Source: Squalus acanthias (lineage: Eukaryota). Taken from it: a DNA stretch of 64,000 bases. The stretch covers positions 43,400,001-43,464,000 of the forward strand of contig CM059430.1 of NCBI GenBank assembly GCA_030390025.1. Reading direction: 5' to 3'. Below, piece after piece: positions 13,760 through 26,963 of this stretch; positions within the stretch are counted from its first letter, which is position 1; the number at the start of each line of letters is the position of its first letter. The position numbers and the translations under genes are program-made. The notes under the pieces are model-generated. The model had not been told where the DNA came from, did not search any database, and saw only the letters and a list, made by a program, of their open reading frames with translations.

Positions 13760-13965
13760 TAGTCGTCTGCCATTGTACGCTTACACATGCATTGTTCTCT
13801 GTCTATATATGCTTTGTCGATTTGTATTCCTTCACTTCACCTGACGAAGGAGCAGCAGCTCCGAAAGCTTGTGATTTCAAATAAAGCTGTTGGACTATAA
13901 TCTGGTGTTGTGCGACTTCTCACTTTTGTCCACCCCAGTCCAACACCGGCATCTCTGCATCATTG
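13760..13965 (+). mobile_element. Penelope-like element terminal-repeat fragment nested in the Harbinger copy
   Basis: cctgacgaaggagcagcagctccgaaagcttgtgatttcaaataaagctgttggactataatctggtgttg...ccccagtccaacaccggcatctc, recognised as a common shark PLE-type repeat. Confidence 0.65.
13837..13874 (+). ncRNA. Minimal type I hammerhead ribozyme motif (Penelope-type)
   Basis: Stem I TCAC/GTGA, core CTGACGA(A), stem II GGAGC-agca-GCTCC, GAAA, palindromic AGCT stem III and cleavage triplet CUU. Confidence 0.65.
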
Positions 13966-15769
13966 CTTGATGAAGGTGTGAATTGCAGACTGGCTGATGT
14001 GGTAGAAGTCCCCTGGCGTTACATTGATAGATACTTTGCCATAAAAGGATAAGGCGGTTGACACTCTTACAGCAACAGGAAGTGCCAGTCATAGTTCTGT
14101 AAGTCAAACAGCAGCAGATAACAGAGGTCTGTCACAGCATCTGCAGTGAAACAGTGGCCAAAGACTGGTCTCATGGTTTGTAGACCCAGGTTCAGGGATA
14201 GCAGCAGGGCCGCGCATACCACCTGAGGTATCGTTGCATCTGCAGATGTTGGCCCATCGTAAAATGGGGCTCATCGTCAAGATCATGTATCAGAGTGCCT
14301 GTCTGATTCTCCACACTTTCCTAGGTGGCACTTTGATTACAGCAGGAATTATCCCCTTAAGGAGAAGTGCAGCGCATGCCAAATTCTGTAGAGCCCAAAA
14401 AACATATGCAAAGTACTCAATGCAAACCTTAGGAAATGTTTGCTGTCAAATAAACAACTTTCCAAGAATACTCCCTGATCACTGTATACACAGCTTTAAG
14501 ATGGCCTATGGAGTTAGTCTCACTGGCTATAGCCTTGATGGGTGGGGCCACTGCCATGGGTGGAGCTTGGGCTTGATGTTGTGAAGTTCAACGGGGTCCT
14601 TCAGAACCAAATCTGAGTACGTTTGTGAGGCCTATACATATCGGACGCACAACTTCTAAATTAGACCCAAATTGTGCCTCACACAATTCAACACAGCAGG
14701 ACCCAGGCATGCAAGGTCCAACACCCAGTTTTGCAAACTGTTCTCAGAGTGTTAGGCCTCTTTAGAGATACACAGCCTCACAAATTTTACCATTAAGTGA
14801 TAAAAATTAATACCAGAATATTTAACATAAAATAAAGAAAACAGATTTAAAATAAAATTAACTATCCAAGTATCATTTGATAATAATAAAGAAATTGAAT
14901 ATTGATTCTGTAATTGTTAGCAAACCTTCTAAGTAGTTTATAATTAAGTAATATTGAAAGAGAAGGTAAGTATTTAATGAAGTGATGCTGAATGCCTAAT
15001 CATTTCAGGTGACTCAAAACCTATTCTAAACCTCCATCTTTCCATTCTAGATTGTTACCAGATTCTGGGTTTTTAACCTATATTTTCCCATTGTTCCTCC
15101 ATGTCATTGTATATGGTTATACCATAAGGGAGTAGATTTTCAGGACTAGGGTGGAAGCCCTATTGCAAAATCAGGCAGAGAATGCTCATTATTTCCACTC
15201 ATTAAAATTGATTTTGTGATCAGGGTATCCTGACGGCATTGGAGAGGAACATCTACCCTAAGGTCTCGGCTAACCTGGGAGATTATTACAGCTTTGTGTT
15301 CCAACCTCACCCAATCAGAATCCTGAATCCTTATCACTGTTCTTGAATAAAGCTATGAAAAAATGACATCATGATCTGGCTTTCCAACCAATGGGCTCCT
15401 GCAGTAATATTAATTTGCCATGGAGTTGACTCTAAGTTGCTAAAAAAAAAATTCCGACAAGATTGAGTATTCGCTTTAAACTGTTGCATTATAGAACAAA
15501 CTTACACTAACATTGCATTGACTTACATTAAATTGTGCCTACTTGTTTGTAGAGCGATGACAGTGAAGAGTGTGGCTACACTACTCGCTCGCACCTCTGT
15601 GGAGTGAATGATGGCACAGCTCTGTGTATTCACATTCAAAATGAAAGCACAGAGCACTTCTGGCCAGTCTTAAGCTGTTGGAGATGATTTTTGTAATAAG
15701 ACATTCAGACCCTTTCATTGATATAAATGCAATGAAGATACAGGAAGCTAAAGGGAGTAATGTTCAAAT

Positions 15770-16668
15770 TTGCAGACAATACTAAAATAGAAGGCACGGA
15801 AAATAATGCTGAGGACCGGAGGAAGTTGCAAAGAGATAATGGATTGATGGAGTGGATAAAAAAGTGTCAGATGGAATTCAATGTCAGTAAGTGTGAAGTA
15901 GTACGCTTTGGTTAAAAAAAAATAATTATTATACTTTAAATGGGAGAAGGCTGGGTAATGTGGAAGAGCAAAGGGATTCGAAGGCTTCAAGTTCACAAGC
16001 CATTAAAAGCAACACCTCAAGTAGATATGCCATAATAAGCTAATGGAATTAGAATTTTACGGAAAAGGGTATGGAATATTAAAGTTGAGATAAAATGGTG
16101 AATCTATAGAAAACCTTAGTAAGACCACTGTTGGAGTACTACGTACAGTTTTGGGCTCCACATTATAGGAAGAATTTGAGGCGAGAGAGAGGGCAAAGCA
16201 CATATTCACTAGAATGCTTGGTATGAAGAAACACAATTTTTTTTTTTAAAGACCTAAAAAATTGGGGCTGCTTTCATTAGAACAGTGGATTTTTTGGGGC
16301 GATTTAATAGAGGTCTTCAAATTTATGAAGGAATGGGACAGGGTAGATAGAAACAAACTGTTTTCAGTGATCGAGGGGTCCAGAACAAGGGGACATAGAG
16401 ATCCGAGATTAAATGTAAGAGATTTAGGACAGAGAATAGGCAAAACAGTTTTACTGGTTTACACAGTTTGTGAGGCTGCAGAGTTAGTGATTGAAGCAGA
16501 CACCATGTCAACACTTTAGAATAGGTTAGATAGGTGGTTGAAGGAAAAGGGACTAAAGGGATATGGGAACAGGGCCAAAACATGGGATTAGAGCTACTAC
16601 TTGTCTGGAGGATAATCACCAACACAAATAGGCTGAGTGGTCTGTTTCTTGTTGTAATTTCTATGTGA
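15770..16668 (+). mobile_element. CR1 LINE 3' fragment, degenerate
   Basis: KFADNTK, QMEFNVSKCEV and LVRPLLEY remnants plus a CR1-type 3' UTR. Homologous to 35521-36919. Confidence 0.85.
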
Positions 16669-18659
16669 TATACTAGACAATAATCAAATGAGGCTGCACT
16701 GTGAATTTTAATATAAAAACCGACAACAGCATATGTTAACCAGTTGCATTCCAGCTGATGGCATGAGGCCAGTAGGTGTGAATAAACAAGAGTCCCGGTT
16801 TTAACCGTTCCCGCCCAGCGGGAACGGGGCGGGCTCGGGTCGGACATCCGGTTTATACCGTCTGATTTTACTCTCCATTGAATTAGACTCCGGCTCGTGG
16901 GTCCCACATAATTGTAATCTGCATAACTTTGGCATCTAAAAAGACCTGGACGTGGACTTTCCTGGGGAAGTGGCCTGAGCTGCTTTGGAGGCAGAAGTAC
17001 ATGGAGGAGAGCATCACGATGACCATCACTCAGAGGACTCTGTAGTAACTATGGCAAGAGGCAGCAGAGGACATCACTGAAGTCTTTTCTTCTGTTTAAC
17101 ACAGTCTACTTTTGTCACCACTGCCTTAACTCATTCTCCCCACCTTCAAATAAAGGACTAGTCTTTCAATACTAATCCTTCAATCCGTACCCTTCCAAGA
17201 ACATCATAACACATCAGACCTCTTTGTCCTTACATGACCATGCCAATAATAATCACCTGATTGTATAAGTCAGTATGAAATAAGCTTGCCCTTTCTTGCA
17301 TGACTCTGATTCCCATTAATAATAGAGCTGAGAAAAGTGCACATTCTCCTTTAATACAACAAACTCCAAAGTGAACATAAGCCATCCTAACTCTTTCCTG
17401 ATCCTGTGCTTCTCCTGGTTGTTTAAACATGTTTCTTCTATTCTTGTGTTTCTCCTAGGTACAACCTGAGGGCCAATATTGCAAGAGGTTTGTTGGCAGC
17501 TTCTGTGCTACAAAAGGGTTATAGGACAAAGGTGACCCTCATCTCATGGCAACTTGCTCCTGGGAGGGAGCTACAGCTGACTTTATCTTTGGAGCTTGTT
17601 CTTGGGCAGCCTAGGGTCACCTTATATGTGCCACTGATGTGGTGCTCTGAGGGGAAAGACCAGAGGCCTGGCAGCTGCGGCTGCTGTCCTGAGAAATGAA
17701 TGTCTCAGCCAGGGTCATTCTAGCTATTCCACTGGATCTGTGTCCCCATTTATTTGCAGGCTGGCCAGCCTAATGGCAGCTATCAGTTCCTGAAAGCACT
17801 GAGACAGCAGCCTGCATTCTGGCCTCCAGGGTCGGGAAGCCAGTACACAGGATGCTGTCTATTCTCTCCCATACTGCCACCAGAGCTTCAGTCTGTGCTT
17901 CTGTGGAGGAGGTACTTACTGGTCCCTGGCTGCTTCGGGATTGGTTGGAGGGGGGGGTGGTCTGATGCAATTTCTAATGACGCTGCCGCACACTTAATGA
18001 AGATAAAAGTACTCTAAGGCATTCCTGCATCAGGCTTCACTGTCACACCAACCTGATGTAACTTCATGGGCCCTTACTATACCTCACCATCCAATGATAT
18101 GCTCAAGCAGAAAGACATATTAGCACAAAGGAGACTCCGACACCTAGTTCAAGTGCAAATGTGTGAAATTTATTGATGAGAAAAATGTGTTCTTTGTGTC
18201 ATCTAGTGTTCCTGGGCCTAGGCCTTCCCTTGGTGACAATGTATGGTAAAGTTCTGTTACCAATTATCCCAGTGCTCCTTTTAAGTACTACCATATTGGG
18301 AGAAGAAAGTGAGGTGGTGGTCTGCTGGCTTTCTCTGAGGTCTTCCTGGAATGGGACAGCTCATTAAGTCTTTCAGCAGGGTCAGATATCCCTGAAACTG
18401 CAACCACTACTTGTGCTGCTGTGATAACTGCATGGACTTAGTCGCCTTCTGACTCTGCATGAGTCCTTTGAGTGGGACAGCTGACTGGCATAGATAATTT
18501 ACCCTGAGAGAATTCTAAGGCTCTCAGTAAAGCAAGTTGTTCTCCCGCCACCTGGGAACCAAGAGAACACCCTCTGTGTGCCAGAAATGTAAAATGCACC
18601 AGGGCAAGTGCGCTAGTGCCGTCAAATTGCCCCCAATAGAATTTTAGCTCCATAGATTA

Positions 18660-18781
18660 GCTTTAAACCTACCTCTTTGACCGAGTGTTTGGCCACCTGT
18701 CGTAATGTCTCCTTCTTTGGCTTGGTCTCAATTTTACTACATTAAAGGCGCTATATAAATGCAAGTTGTTATTGTTGTTGC
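18660..18781 (+). mobile_element. L2 3' tail fragment
   Basis: aaacctacctctttgacc...aaaggcgctatataaatgcaagttgtt followed by (ttg)n. Confidence 0.75.
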
Positions 18782-19033
18782 TGTAGATGAGTTAACTTGC
18801 GGCAATTCTCACAAAAGCCTGCTATCACCTGCCTGCCTTCTCAACAGAGGAATGATGAATGCATAGGGAGACTCGCAAACAATGGGTGAACGTTAAAAAT
18901 AGGAAAGAAATAAAAATAATTATGTTTTTGATTAAATGACAATTTATCTTAAAGATCCAACTCTGTTATTTTTTTGTCCAATTAAAAGATTTCCCAGTGG
19001 CATAGATTTTAAAGGTATTCACATTTTTGTAGT

Positions 19034-19181
19034 GGAGGTCAACTTCAATATGGTACAGTTGATGTGGCAATACTGCTGACCTACACTCTTTGCCCCTGAG
19101 TTTTGCCTCTATGATTGGCAGGAGTCAAGGGACAAAGTGCATAGGTCAGCAGCTTGAATACATAAACCCAGAATTGACCTC
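19034..19181. mobile_element. Small hairpin MITE
   Basis: Outer inverted repeat gaggtcaa/ttgacctc around an 80-nt internal hairpin at 19073-19152. Confidence 0.5.
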
Positions 19182-19362
19182 TCTGAAAACCTAACTATCT
19201 CCATAACAGATGGAGCTAGGAAGGCCTTTCTTATGGACAGGTAAGTGTTTTTTCACAGCAACATTATTAAAACTACTTATAAAATTGTCTTTTGTATCTT
19301 TCATGAATTTGTTTGTGCTTGAAGGCCTCAGCCTCTCTCAAGAGCTTGGGCTTAGACTTTAT

Positions 19363-21462
19363 GGGGGAGAAATTGGGCTCTGTAGCGCCCGTTTCTTAGG
19401 CGCTACATAGCCTCCTAATGGTCAAAAATGGGGTCCGAGATGCGTACGCACACATCTGATGGGAAGTGCACCGGACGCCATCTTGGTGAAAGGGTTTGCG
19501 CACACACATCTAACAACCACTGGCAGCATGCAAAGCAGGCAGATTATGACATCAATCAGTGTGCAAGGCTGCTTTGATGCCAGCACTGCCATTTTAAAAC
19601 TCCACGCTCCAGCCTACACCCTGTCTTAACCTCGCACAGCTGAATACGCATTAAATGAAATGAAGGACCCCCCCCCACCAGCGCTATTTCAAGGGATCAT
19701 GAACTACTTACAAGTTAGTTGCTGGTTTATTTCTTCTGGATGCTTGTGCAATTGTACACATTTTTGGAGCTTTTATACTTGCCTAAAGTTTGACTAGTCT
19801 ACATGGTGTTTACAGGGAGTCTGGCTGGTGCTGAAGTAGTTTTTTGTCCTTAAACAAGTTGCTTCCAGACATGGGTGGCCTGGTAGGGCTTCATCTGGGA
19901 ATTGAGCAATCCTGGGAGAATGAAGAGAGGCCACGCAGAGCAGAACAAGCTGCTAGAAGAGGGTGGAGGAGGAGGGGGAGAAGGGCTCTCAGCAGGAAGC
20001 CATATCCACCGAGGGTCTTTAGGGAGCAATTCTCTTACCTCAACTTCAGCTTGAGACGTCTGCGCTTCACAAAAGAGGTCGTGACTGAAATCTACCAACT
20101 GCTGCAGCCATAACTGCAACCTCAAAGTAGGGCAAGGGCATGGTGACCATGGCTCCTAATTTTTATGCGTGTAGCTCCTTCCAGGCTGCTGCTGGAGATG
20201 AAGCAACATCTTGCCCTCCGGCGAGCTGGCATGTGTGCTATCCTATTACCCATCCTGGCTCCTGCTCATTTGTGCCCGGTGTCTCGCGTGCAAATCCCTC
20301 CTCTACTCTAGCCTCTAAAATACACGCAGTGCCAGTCTCTGAGCTGGTGACTGCGGGTGTAAGATCGAGTGACGGTGTCTCTTCATCTTCACTGTCTTCT
20401 TCCTCTTCCTCCACTGACAGGGAAGATTCCAGTTCTTGGGTATCTGAAATGAAAAAGGGACAAGGGTTGGGTTGTGGTGAGAAGAGAGGAGAAAGTAAGA
20501 GGTGCGTGCTTACACCATCTGCAGCTCTGTGAATCAGAAGAGATTGCGGGCTGAGGGAGAAGTAGGATGAGAGAAGGACTATGCAGATACCCTCATCATT
20601 GATCCCTTCAGCCGTGCCAGTGGCCACGGCCTCAGTGATGCCCCTTCCCATGATGGCCATTACTGTCTCCTCCATGGGGGCTAAAACATGCAGGCGCGCT
20701 AGTCCTCCTCCAGTTCCTTTCTGCTGATGCTGCCTGCTGTTATGTGCCACCTTCTCCTGCAAGAAAGAGAAAAATGTGTCAGTGAGTGTCCTGCAATATG
20801 TTTGGGTGATGTGGCTGTCATGGTTGAAAAGCTGCCAATGTGTGTGAGCTGTGAGTTGTGGGTGCAAGGCTTGCAACAGTGCTAAGTGTGTGAGGGCTGA
20901 ACTACAGTATATGAATTGAAGGGTTGAATACTGATTGATAGAGATTATTGGTAGGTGGGTGATGGGGGTTCAGAGCATTGAGCAGTGGATGAGGCCAGTG
21001 GTGCAGTGGTAGGATGTGCCATTTGAAGATGAACTCACCTTGACAACTCGTGTCAGATCGTTAAACCTCTTCCTGCACTGTATCTCTGTATCTATGTTCT
21101 TGGCGCAACACTTCCGGCATTGACCTCCGCCACTACTTCTTCCCACTGCCTCCTGAGCATATGTCTGGAGGGCCTCTGCCTCCCTGCGGATACAGGACAC
21201 CTCTCCTTCTTTTCACCTTTTACACCAAGACATTTAGTGCATTGTCTAAAAACCTTGGTATTCGCTCTCTCACATGTTCAGCCATTCCTCAACGTATCGC
21301 AGCCCAGACTGACTTTTGAAAAAGCCAATGAACAGCGGGGGGATGCTGGCTGCATGCAGCAATCATTTTACCATGCTGCCTGCAATGCAATGAACGAGCA
21401 CGGGCTAATCGCGTACCGCAATCCCCACGCTTGTTTTTGGGGGGTTAGCCAATTTCTTCCTC
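19363..21462. mobile_element. Internally deleted Harbinger transposon with TIRs, transposase N-terminus (+, about 19870-20200) and spliced Myb/SANT-like gene (-, about 20200-21285)
   Basis: TIRs gggggagaaattgg / ccaatttcttcctc. Plus strand reads PYPPRVFRE...RLRFTKEVVTEIYQLL...NFYACSSFQAAAGD. Minus strand reads QCRKRFNDLTRVVK|intron|EKVAHN...TGGG...APMEETVMAI. Confidence 0.85.
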
Positions 21463-24179
21463 AATTGCCCCAATTTTTGTCTCTCTACTGCCCCATTTTT
21501 CAGCTTGAATGGGGTGGTAGCAAGATTAAAATTGCAAAAAGATACTTACCACTGACTTACTACCCAAGGCCCTCAATTTAGGCGGCCAGTGTTCACACCA
21601 AAATAGGCGGAAGCTTCATTAAGCTATGCAAATTGGGGTCCTATGACATAGTTAGGACCCTCATGCCATTTCCGTAGTCTTTAGAGGGACACCTGCCCAG
21701 TGGTAAATCCACCCACAACACAGAGCAGGAAACAGATAGAATCAGCGTCACTTAGAGGGATCACTGGAACCAAACCTGACGAGACTAAAAGTTACTTTTA
21801 TTGGCAGAAATTTGGCTTCAGGATGACCTGCATTGCTCTCTTTGTTCCTTGTTGATAATCCTCTACTCCTTCATTAATGCTCTCCCTTGTCACCCTCTAC
21901 GCCCGATCAGCCCAGCCCTCCGCCTTAACGCATTGGTGCAGGCCTGGTCTCTGTGGCTGCCCTGCTGGATTTACTGCTGTCCCAAAATGGCGAGCTGCCT
22001 ATCAGTGCACAAAATGCGCAGGCCCACCCAATGTACGGTGAAGACCAAGAATCCAGGCCTATATTTTTCCTAGATTGGTCATCCTGTTAGATCAAGGGAG
22101 TTGCCAGCTACACCTGTCCCTGCAGTTCTAAGGATGCCACAGTCTGAGCATGTGCAATGTGGAGACTCTCCCACAATGCATCAGTAGGCACTTGCTCTTC
22201 AGCTTGTAACAGTACACAGACTGCACCATTTAAACGGTCTGATAACCATTTGCCAGTACCACAGGAGTCAATTACAAAAGCGCCGCTGATAATGTTTTAA
22301 GCGCGCCAGCTATTATGGGCACACTTTGTCATGTTGCGTTTTTTTCTTGCCCTGCACGTAGGTCCTTCCCCATTCAGTCGGATAAAAATATTGCTTCCTA
22401 AGCTCTATTAAAGTACAACTTTAATGGTACTCTTGGTCCTACAGTTCTTCCCCTACATGAATACCTCCCCCAAGTTGCACGATCAAAGTCAGAAGCGGGG
22501 AAATTGCAGACTGCCAGTACAAAGGAGCCCTTCTTGCAGCAACTCATGCAACACCACTTCCACTTCAGCAGACACAAGACAGGGGGTTAGGTGTTGGGCT
22601 ACTCCAACACTTATCTGCAGGCTATTGCCTGCACCTTGGATTTCCTATTCCTTCGTTTTTGCCAGTAACTTCTTAGTCTTCTCTCTCTTCAGCCTTGACA
22701 AAGTCCACTGCTGGGATGAGCTGCCTTCTGATCCTTTCCAAATCCTTGCTACTTTTTCTTTCCTTTAATTCCCCATTCCTTTTATATTTCACTTACTTTT
22801 ATGTTCCACTCACTAGTATATTCCTTGCACACATCCGGAATTACCTCTGAAGCAAGTGAGCTAATCTTGGAAAATTGGGTGCAGACAGCACACTTCCCAT
22901 TTGTGTCTGTCTGAAAACTGTCAATAACCATTCCACTCTAATCTGTGCCAATATCAGAAAATCTAGGCTAGAGAGACTAGCATATTTAATAAAAGCAATA
23001 ACTGAAAAGCTACAGAAACATTACTCAGAGTACCTGTGTGGAAAGCTAATGAAAATTGGAAATTTCTTCTCCATCAGACACTTAATTATGTAACTATGGT
23101 ATGTGAAGGGAACAAATTTATTAATTTTTCTCTCTGCAGTAGGTTAGGAAAACAATATTTATTCATTTCCAGGAGCCAATGAAAAAATTAAACAAAACAT
23201 TTCCCCATCTCTCAGGAGTACTCATGCAAACTACTTTCTAAATTCTTTCAATGGAAATGTACATCTCGTCCATTCCCACATCCTAGCATCCCTTGTTCCA
23301 ACAGTATAACCTCTGACTCACCATGGAGGATCTATTAGTACTTAATAAACACACAGTCTGGCTTGTAAGTAAAACATATCAAGGTTCATATAATATTCAT
23401 AAACTGCTTGAGATTTGTTCTCAGGTTTTAGATGTCATTTGAACCTCTTTAATGTGTTACTGCCTTAAAACCACACTTCCGGTGTCATTCTATGTATAAA
23501 ATATACCGCAAAAGAATTTCTAGCAATGAACTGCAGGTTTCTTTTTCAATAAACCTGCAGCAACGATGTTATAATCATCAGTCATCTGTGTGTGGATGCC
23601 ATCATGTAGAAAAGACCTGAAGCACTCTTACAACAAATGTCTCGAGAAAACCTGATGAAAAACAGAGAATTAGTCCCCACTCTAACACATGCGCAAACTT
23701 GTAAAATCAAAACAGTATACATTATAAACATTAACAGATACCAGGAAGTGATTTCAAGATTGTAATCTAATCTTGGGGTTCAGTTGATAGTAAATGATGT
23801 TATCTGAAAGTCTTGATTAGATATCTATATTGTAAATATTCTGTGCTATCCATTATTCAATATTAAGCAACAGTATATTCTACCTTATGTGATCAAAGGG
23901 AGAAAAGTATGTTTGAGTGCATTGATCAAAAGGAGAAAAAGACTGATTGTATAAAAAACAGGAGACATGCTAGCCTCCAGCAATACAGTTGTTCGGTATA
24001 TGAGACTGATTTGAAGCAATTCGTCTCTCGTGGACTAACCATTCATCACTCCAAATGGCATGTTTTTTTTGGCCATCAACCATCTTGCTTTCAATCCATC
24101 GACATAGGCATACCAAGATCAGTTACTTTGGCAACACTGAACCATATATAACTATGTATAGTGAGAAAATCAGTTCAGA

Positions 24180-24400
24180 AAGTTGATGGGCAAGGGGTTA
24201 TAGGTATAAACAGATAAAAGAAAAATTCTGTACTGATGGCAGCTACCATTTCTTCATGAAAACAGTAATCTATACTTGGAATGGTCTTCAAGGTATGGCA
24301 GTCGAGGTAAAATCTCTGGGATTATTCAAGACGCAGTTAGATGTTGTGATGAGGATCCTAGGTTTCTATGAAAGGATGCTTTGGATGGCTGTCTTCACTT
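24180..24400 (+). mobile_element. Very old CR1 3' fragment
   Basis: catttcttc...tggaatggtcttc...ttcaagacgcagttagat resembles the CR1 ORF2 C-terminus (FF..RV...WN.LP...FK..LD). Confidence 0.45.
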
Positions 24401-26528
24401 GTTATCTCCCATAGCATTGCTCATGGAGAAATAGAAACATGAAATATGTGTCTCTCTCTTCCTGTGACCGTCTCTTTCCATGTCTCCGATTTTAATTCTT
24501 TCTCTGTCCCCCTTTCTTTCTACATCCCTTTCACCGTTTCTTTCTCTCTCTCTTTCTGCATGAGTCATATACACATACAGATTCAATAGTGCAAAAGGAA
24601 ATTACAAGATTATTCTTAATGTGATACAAGGAAATCACACGCGCATCTGTAAAGGCCTACAGTTCCATGGAAAGAATAAATAAACATGTCAGACCTTCAA
24701 CAAAGTAGCTGTTTATCCTAGCAGATTGCTGACATGATAATTAAGATTTTGGCCCAGAAATTCAATTGCGCACCGTTCGTTTTTCAGGCGAGAGATGGGT
24801 ACTGATGAGTCCAATATGGCGTGCACGTGCTCAGGCTGTGCACTGCATGCAATATTGGGTAAAATGAATTTTTCTTCCTCTTTTGGTTGCAAAATCATGC
24901 AGTTCACCTGGACAGAGAGGGCATGCAGAAAAGCTACTCCTAGTCCACTGTCAACAGTGCCTTCTAAGTGCTGCACGGAGGTGCAGAACAGTCCGAAGTC
25001 ACTTACGCTATGAATTTCCTTCCATCCCCACAGGGGATAGCATCTCAATTCCGTTCCAATAAGAACAGCTTGTGACCTTTGATGGGAAGAATTTACAACT
25101 CAATTTGCATTACGGGAAAACATGTGTCAACATTTAAGGAGAACTGACAAGATTATAATTGTAAATGTGGGGAAAAAAGGTAGCTCTCTTGTTATTAAAG
25201 AAAATAGTCATTTTTGAGGAGGTCACCCTAGGATTTTTTGTTATTTCAGGAATGCTCACTGAAATAAATGCAAAGATTAATTTGATCATGCATGTTCTGG
25301 CTAAACACACATACAGGGTACATAGATAAGAATGCTGACTGAGGTTGCAAGGCATTTGTGTGGTGAAAGGTTATTATTCAACCGATAAACATGTCTCCTG
25401 CTGTTGTTCCCAATCCATGTCCCAATGTAAAGTTGCTTCCTGAGATCAACCAGAAAAGGCATGATCAGTTGCTTATTATAATTCTGACATTGAGCTTTCA
25501 CTGGTTGAGCTGTAGAAGAAAGAAAATTCCCTCTAAAATGCAAGAACTGTGACCCAACTACTCAACATAAATCAAATGGGAGAGCATTACCAATAAAATA
25601 AATGTCTATCCCAAATAAGAATGGATGATGAATGTGGAATTTCTTTCAGTGATTTTAAATGAAAAACAAAAGTGGTGAAGAAGTTCATAACAAATAGAAG
25701 GTCTATGAGGTAACCAGGACTCAACCCACCCAGCATTTAGACTATAGATGTCCAGGTTTCCTGGTAGTGCAGGTAATGAGGGGAGGTGAGGTTGAACACT
25801 AATTTGCTTTTGGAATTTACATGGGGAGCTTGTGACCTCACAAAGTTTATATGAATGATTCAGCACCCTACAATAACAAAAGAAAAAGACTAATAGCTCT
25901 GTTTCTTTTGTGCCATTTATGGACTGGAATAGAAGGATATTGGGCTGCACAGGTATAAAGAAACATGCAACATAATTACAACAGTAAAAATTGGAATATT
26001 TGTTACACTGAAACACCAAAGTACATGGCAATACAATTCTAACAACGATTCAAGTACACAAGTTGGTGCTACTTGCAGAAATTAATGATCACATAACCTT
26101 ACTACAAAAGCAAAATACTGCAGAAGCTGGAAATCTGAAATAAAAGCATGGAAGAATTAAAGCCACTTGATTGTAATATCGTTATGTATTCACACTGACT
26201 ATTTATTTAGTGGCACCAAAGAAGAAAATAAGGCAAAAATCTATACCTTCTTCAGCCTTTCTGCTATAAATGTAATTGGCTCTTCAAGATGTTTTAAGAG
26301 AGAAAACCTCCACTACCACCACCCACTGGCTGGGAAGCAGGGGCACCAACCAGGAGGAAGGCTGCATGATCCCAGGCAGTCCTCTCAGTGGGGTGGAGGA
26401 GAAGGGGGTTAAGCAAGTCCAGTAGCAGAAGAAAGATCCTAGAATGGGAGATTTGTAGCAAGAGCACCAGTGAACCAAAAGCACAGAGGATTCATTAATC
26501 TTGGCCACACGTATCGGGCAGATTCCAT

Positions 26529-26963
26529 AGAAAGAAAGACTTGCATTTATATAGCACCTTTCACGACTACCGGACATCCCAAAGCGCTTTACAGCCAATG
26601 AAGTACTTTTTGAAGTATAGTCACTGTTGTAATGTAGGAAACGCAGCAGCCAATTTGCGCTCAGCAAGCTCCCACAAACAACAATGTGATAATGACCAGA
26701 TATTCTGTTTTTGTTATGTTGATTGAGGGATAAATATTGTGCCAATAGTGCCATGGGATCTTTTACGTCCACCTGAGAGAGTAGACGGGGCCTCGGTTTA
26801 ATGTCTCATCCGAAAGACGACACCTCCAACCGTGCAGCACTCCCTCAGTACTGCACTGGAGTGTCAACCTAGCTTTATGTGATCAGGTCTCTGGAGTGGG
26901 TCTTGAACCCACAACCTTCTGACTCAGAGGCGAGTGTGCTACCCACTGAGCCACTGGCTGACA
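26529..26963 (-). mobile_element. Near full-length tRNA-derived Deu-domain SINE (SacSINE1-like) with L2-type tail
   Basis: A-box tggctcagtgggtagc, B-box ggttcaagaccc, central gtactgagggagtgctgcac...gtaaaagatcccatggcact, and tail aaagcgctttggga...ctatataaatgcaagt(cttt)n. Confidence 0.85.

Larger units (their letters stand above)
11940..14792 (-). mobile_element. Degenerate Harbinger DNA transposon; HARBI1-like transposase remnants at about 13215-13655 and 14100-14260
   Basis: Minus-strand translation gives RVQANIDG, YVNRKGFHALN, STHDSLIL, GGYPLLPWIRTPIRNP, AEQQYNE and LLYSPEK, which are Harbinger DDE motifs carrying stops and frameshifts. Outer limits are approximate. Confidence 0.7.

Noticed and set aside
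23322-23331. Possible minus-strand exon AG|ATCCTCCATG|GTGAGT
   Set aside because: It is 10 nt, has no pyrimidine tract, and would break the GF-TALHW continuity.
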